Source: Macrostomum lignano (lineage: Eukaryota). From it: a DNA stretch of 64,000 nucleotides. The notes under the pieces were generated by a model. The model was given only the letters and a program-made list of their open reading frames with translations, was not told the origin of the DNA and made no database searches. Where the stretch lies: contig NIVC01002593.1 in the NCBI GenBank assembly GCA_002269645.1, forward strand, positions 11,574-75,573, written 5' to 3'. The position numbers and the translations under genes are program-made. This document shows positions 61,670 through 64,000 of this stretch, piece after piece (position 1 is the stretch's first letter; the number at the start of each line of letters is the position of its first letter).

Positions 61670-62480
61670 AGGGTGTGGTAGGTGGTGAGACACCCACTAG
61701 CCCTATAAAAGCCAGGGGTGTGGGGGGGGACAGCGAGCCTCCCACTAGCCTTTTGGAAGCCAGGGATATAGGAGGCGGTGAGCCCCCACTAGCCATACTA
61801 TACTAATGCCAGGGGTGTGGGGGGCAACGAGCCTCTTATTAGCCTTATTAATACCAGGGGTGTGGGGGTGGTGAGCCCCCCACTAGCCATACAAAAACTA
61901 GGGATATAAGCTGGGTTTTTTTAAGGTTGGAAATCCAATTGCCAGCTGGCCCTTGGGGCTCAAAATCCAGTTGCCAATGGCTATTTTTGGTTGCCCATTG
62001 GCAATTAACCAAATTCTTAAGAATAAATATTTCTAAGACACTAAATTTTGAGTAACATGTACATAGGCCTATTATACTAACAATAACGATAACAAACTAA
62101 ATTCTATCATATCATATCAATTCATATGGCGCTTTTTTACACTTACAAAAACAATTTTTTAAATTGGCAACTGGCACGGGGAAAATGAAGTTGCCAGATT
62201 GGCCTTTGATGCCTAAAATCTAGTTGCTAATGGCTTTTTTGGGTAGCCAGTGGCTACCGTATGACCTAAAAAAAACCAGGATATAAGGGGTGGCAAGTCC
62301 TCCACTAGCCTTTTGAAGCCAAGGATATAGGGAGTGTGGAGCCTCTTACTAGCCTTACAAAAGCTAGGGGTATAGAGGGTGCAAGCTACCCACTAGCCTT
62401 ACTAGGCCTAATGCCAGGGATATGGGGGGTGGCAAGCCTGTAACTAGCCTTACAAATGCCAAGGGTATGGGGGTAGCGAC
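61670..62480. repeat. Degenerate ~45-bp GC-rich minisatellite (cccactagcc...aggggtgtggggg) interrupted by a MITE
   Basis: ccactagcc recurs about every 45 bp in 61670-61910 and 62280-62480. Confidence 0.8.
61911..62279. mobile_element. 369-bp MITE with perfect 8-bp TSD
   Basis: Ends ctgggttttttt / aaaaaaaaccag; TSD gatataag at 61903-61910 and 62280-62287. Confidence 0.82.
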
Positions 62481-62621
62481 AGCATCTTCATTCATTAGTA
62501 TATTTTTTGTGAATTGGTATTATTCTTAGTCTTACCTTAGGGTGAGCTATTACTAGATGAGCTTCATCAAGAGCTTCTACTCTATGCTTTACTATGTTAG
62601 TGCTCCAACCTTATATAAGGC

Positions 62622-63137
62622 CCATAGTCGGGAAGGTGGCACAGTGTGCGCCGGAACTATTTTGATGGCTTTTGAGCACTGTGTGCCGTGCGCCATGAAG
62701 AAAATATTTTGTGCGCCACAGTGCGCCATGATAAGGTAAGTCTAAGGTAAGGTAAAGTAAGGTAAGGTAATTAATAATTAATTGGTAAACAAATCTGAAT
62801 TTATGGTAGACAAATTTAAATTTCATTTATGTATTTTATATCGTGATTTATGTAATTTTAGTACTCTTTGATAGTATAACATTTTATTTTACGAATTATG
62901 GAATTAGGCCTGACTTTGTTATCCTAGATACTAGATATCCTAGATCCTAGATACTTTGTTATCTGCAAAGTATAATAGAGTGTAACTATATATTTTTTCA
63001 GTGCCATGCGCCATGTGCGCCACCAGAGCATTTCCAATTTTTCTTTGTACCCCGTGTCCGTGTGCGCCGTGTGTGCCAAAAAAAGGGCCAATTTGCACCG
63101 GAAAATTCACTAAAAGCTGCCACCTTCCCAGCTATGG
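62622..63137. mobile_element. About 515-bp MITE with ~20-bp TIR beginning CCATAG
   Basis: ccatagtcgggaaggtggca pairs with tgccaccttcccagctatgg; internal gtgcgcc subrepeats; TSD only partial (aggcc). Confidence 0.75.
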
Positions 63138-64000
63138 TAGGCCTATAAGGCTTCAGCCTTCATTACTAGTCTAGAGATGGAAAAAAGTGCTTAAAAGTTG
63201 ATAATTTTACTGTTTTAATAGCTTGAGTGAAATATATCCAAACATGTTAAAATCAGCTTCTAAAGTAGAGAAAATGTGAAAAACATTGAAAAAATAGTTT
63301 AACAAATGATTCAAGAAGAATGCCCATTTTTAGCCTTAAATAATATTTAGAAAATGAGATAAAAGTCAAAGCATTTTTGGACATAATTAAAGATATAATA
63401 TATATAAAAATAATGCTTGAAGCTAAAATGCGAATGAATATATAAGGCTATTTTGCTTTAAAATGTGTGATAGATATGTCTATAGGGCCTAGGCTATTCC
63501 CAGTTTTTAGGAGAAATTGCACTCTGAGCCTTTTAAAATTGCATCCTGAAATTGAGCAATTTAGCATCATGTTTCTAGCAAAAACCCAGTTTCAATAGGC
63601 ACGAAAGTAGGTTAGGCCCTAGAATTTTATCAAACCTGTCATTTAGAAAGCGAATTATAGGCCTATATTTATAGGGGCCTGTTAGGCCTATATAGGCCTA
63701 GGCCTACCAATTTTGTTATTGGCCTAGTCCTTAGTAAATTATTCTGATTCATAGCATAGGTCCCTAAATAATTTGCTATTTAAAAATATTAGTTAGAACT
63801 AATGCAATAGTAGAGCAAAGCTGACTCTGGCTTGGCCTACTCATAATATACTGACAATGAAATCCCTTTTAGTTTTTAGGCCTAGGGGCCTAACTTGCTT
63901 GAATAGGCCTAGGGATAGGCCTATCTAACAATTAACATTGATGTTGAATGAGATTATAGGCATAATTCAAGACTATGAATGCTAAGGTTCGTTAGAACAT

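Overview
Eukaryotic (invertebrate) genomic DNA, not prokaryotic. It has GT-AG introns, GC-rich exons and AT-rich, transposon-dense intergenic DNA. The style resembles Macrostomum-type flatworms, but the species cannot be fixed from sequence alone. All seven host genes or ORFs lie on the minus strand: an aquaglyceroporin running off the left edge and absent from the ORF track, RETSAT (3 exons), an SLC26 anion transporter (5-6 exons), an orphan 154-aa membrane ORF, the mitochondrial processing peptidase beta subunit (4 exons), a 4-TM protein split by a one-base frameshift, and COQ8/ADCK3 (6 exons). The rest is DNA-transposon debris: THAP/P-like, Crypton-like tyrosine-recombinase, IS630-Tc1-mariner and hAT-like elements, MITEs, foldback arrays, a LINE fragment and LTR-like promoter modules. 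Four observations stand out. (1) A perfect 3x73-bp duplication inside the last SLC26 exon has a unit starting GT and ending CAG, so splicing out 146 nt restores the frame exactly: a candidate newborn intron. (2) A 16-22 kb hotspot of CCATAGAC/GTCTATGG termini is correctly oriented around two Crypton-like recombinase remnants, one carrying a canonical PIP box. (3) A U_UUA_AAA heptamer sits exactly at the frameshift of the 4-TM gene. (4) Sharp CpG-depleted domains contain a CpG-decayed repeat copy. No CRISPR array, tRNA or rRNA was found. All calls are by eye; no database search was run.
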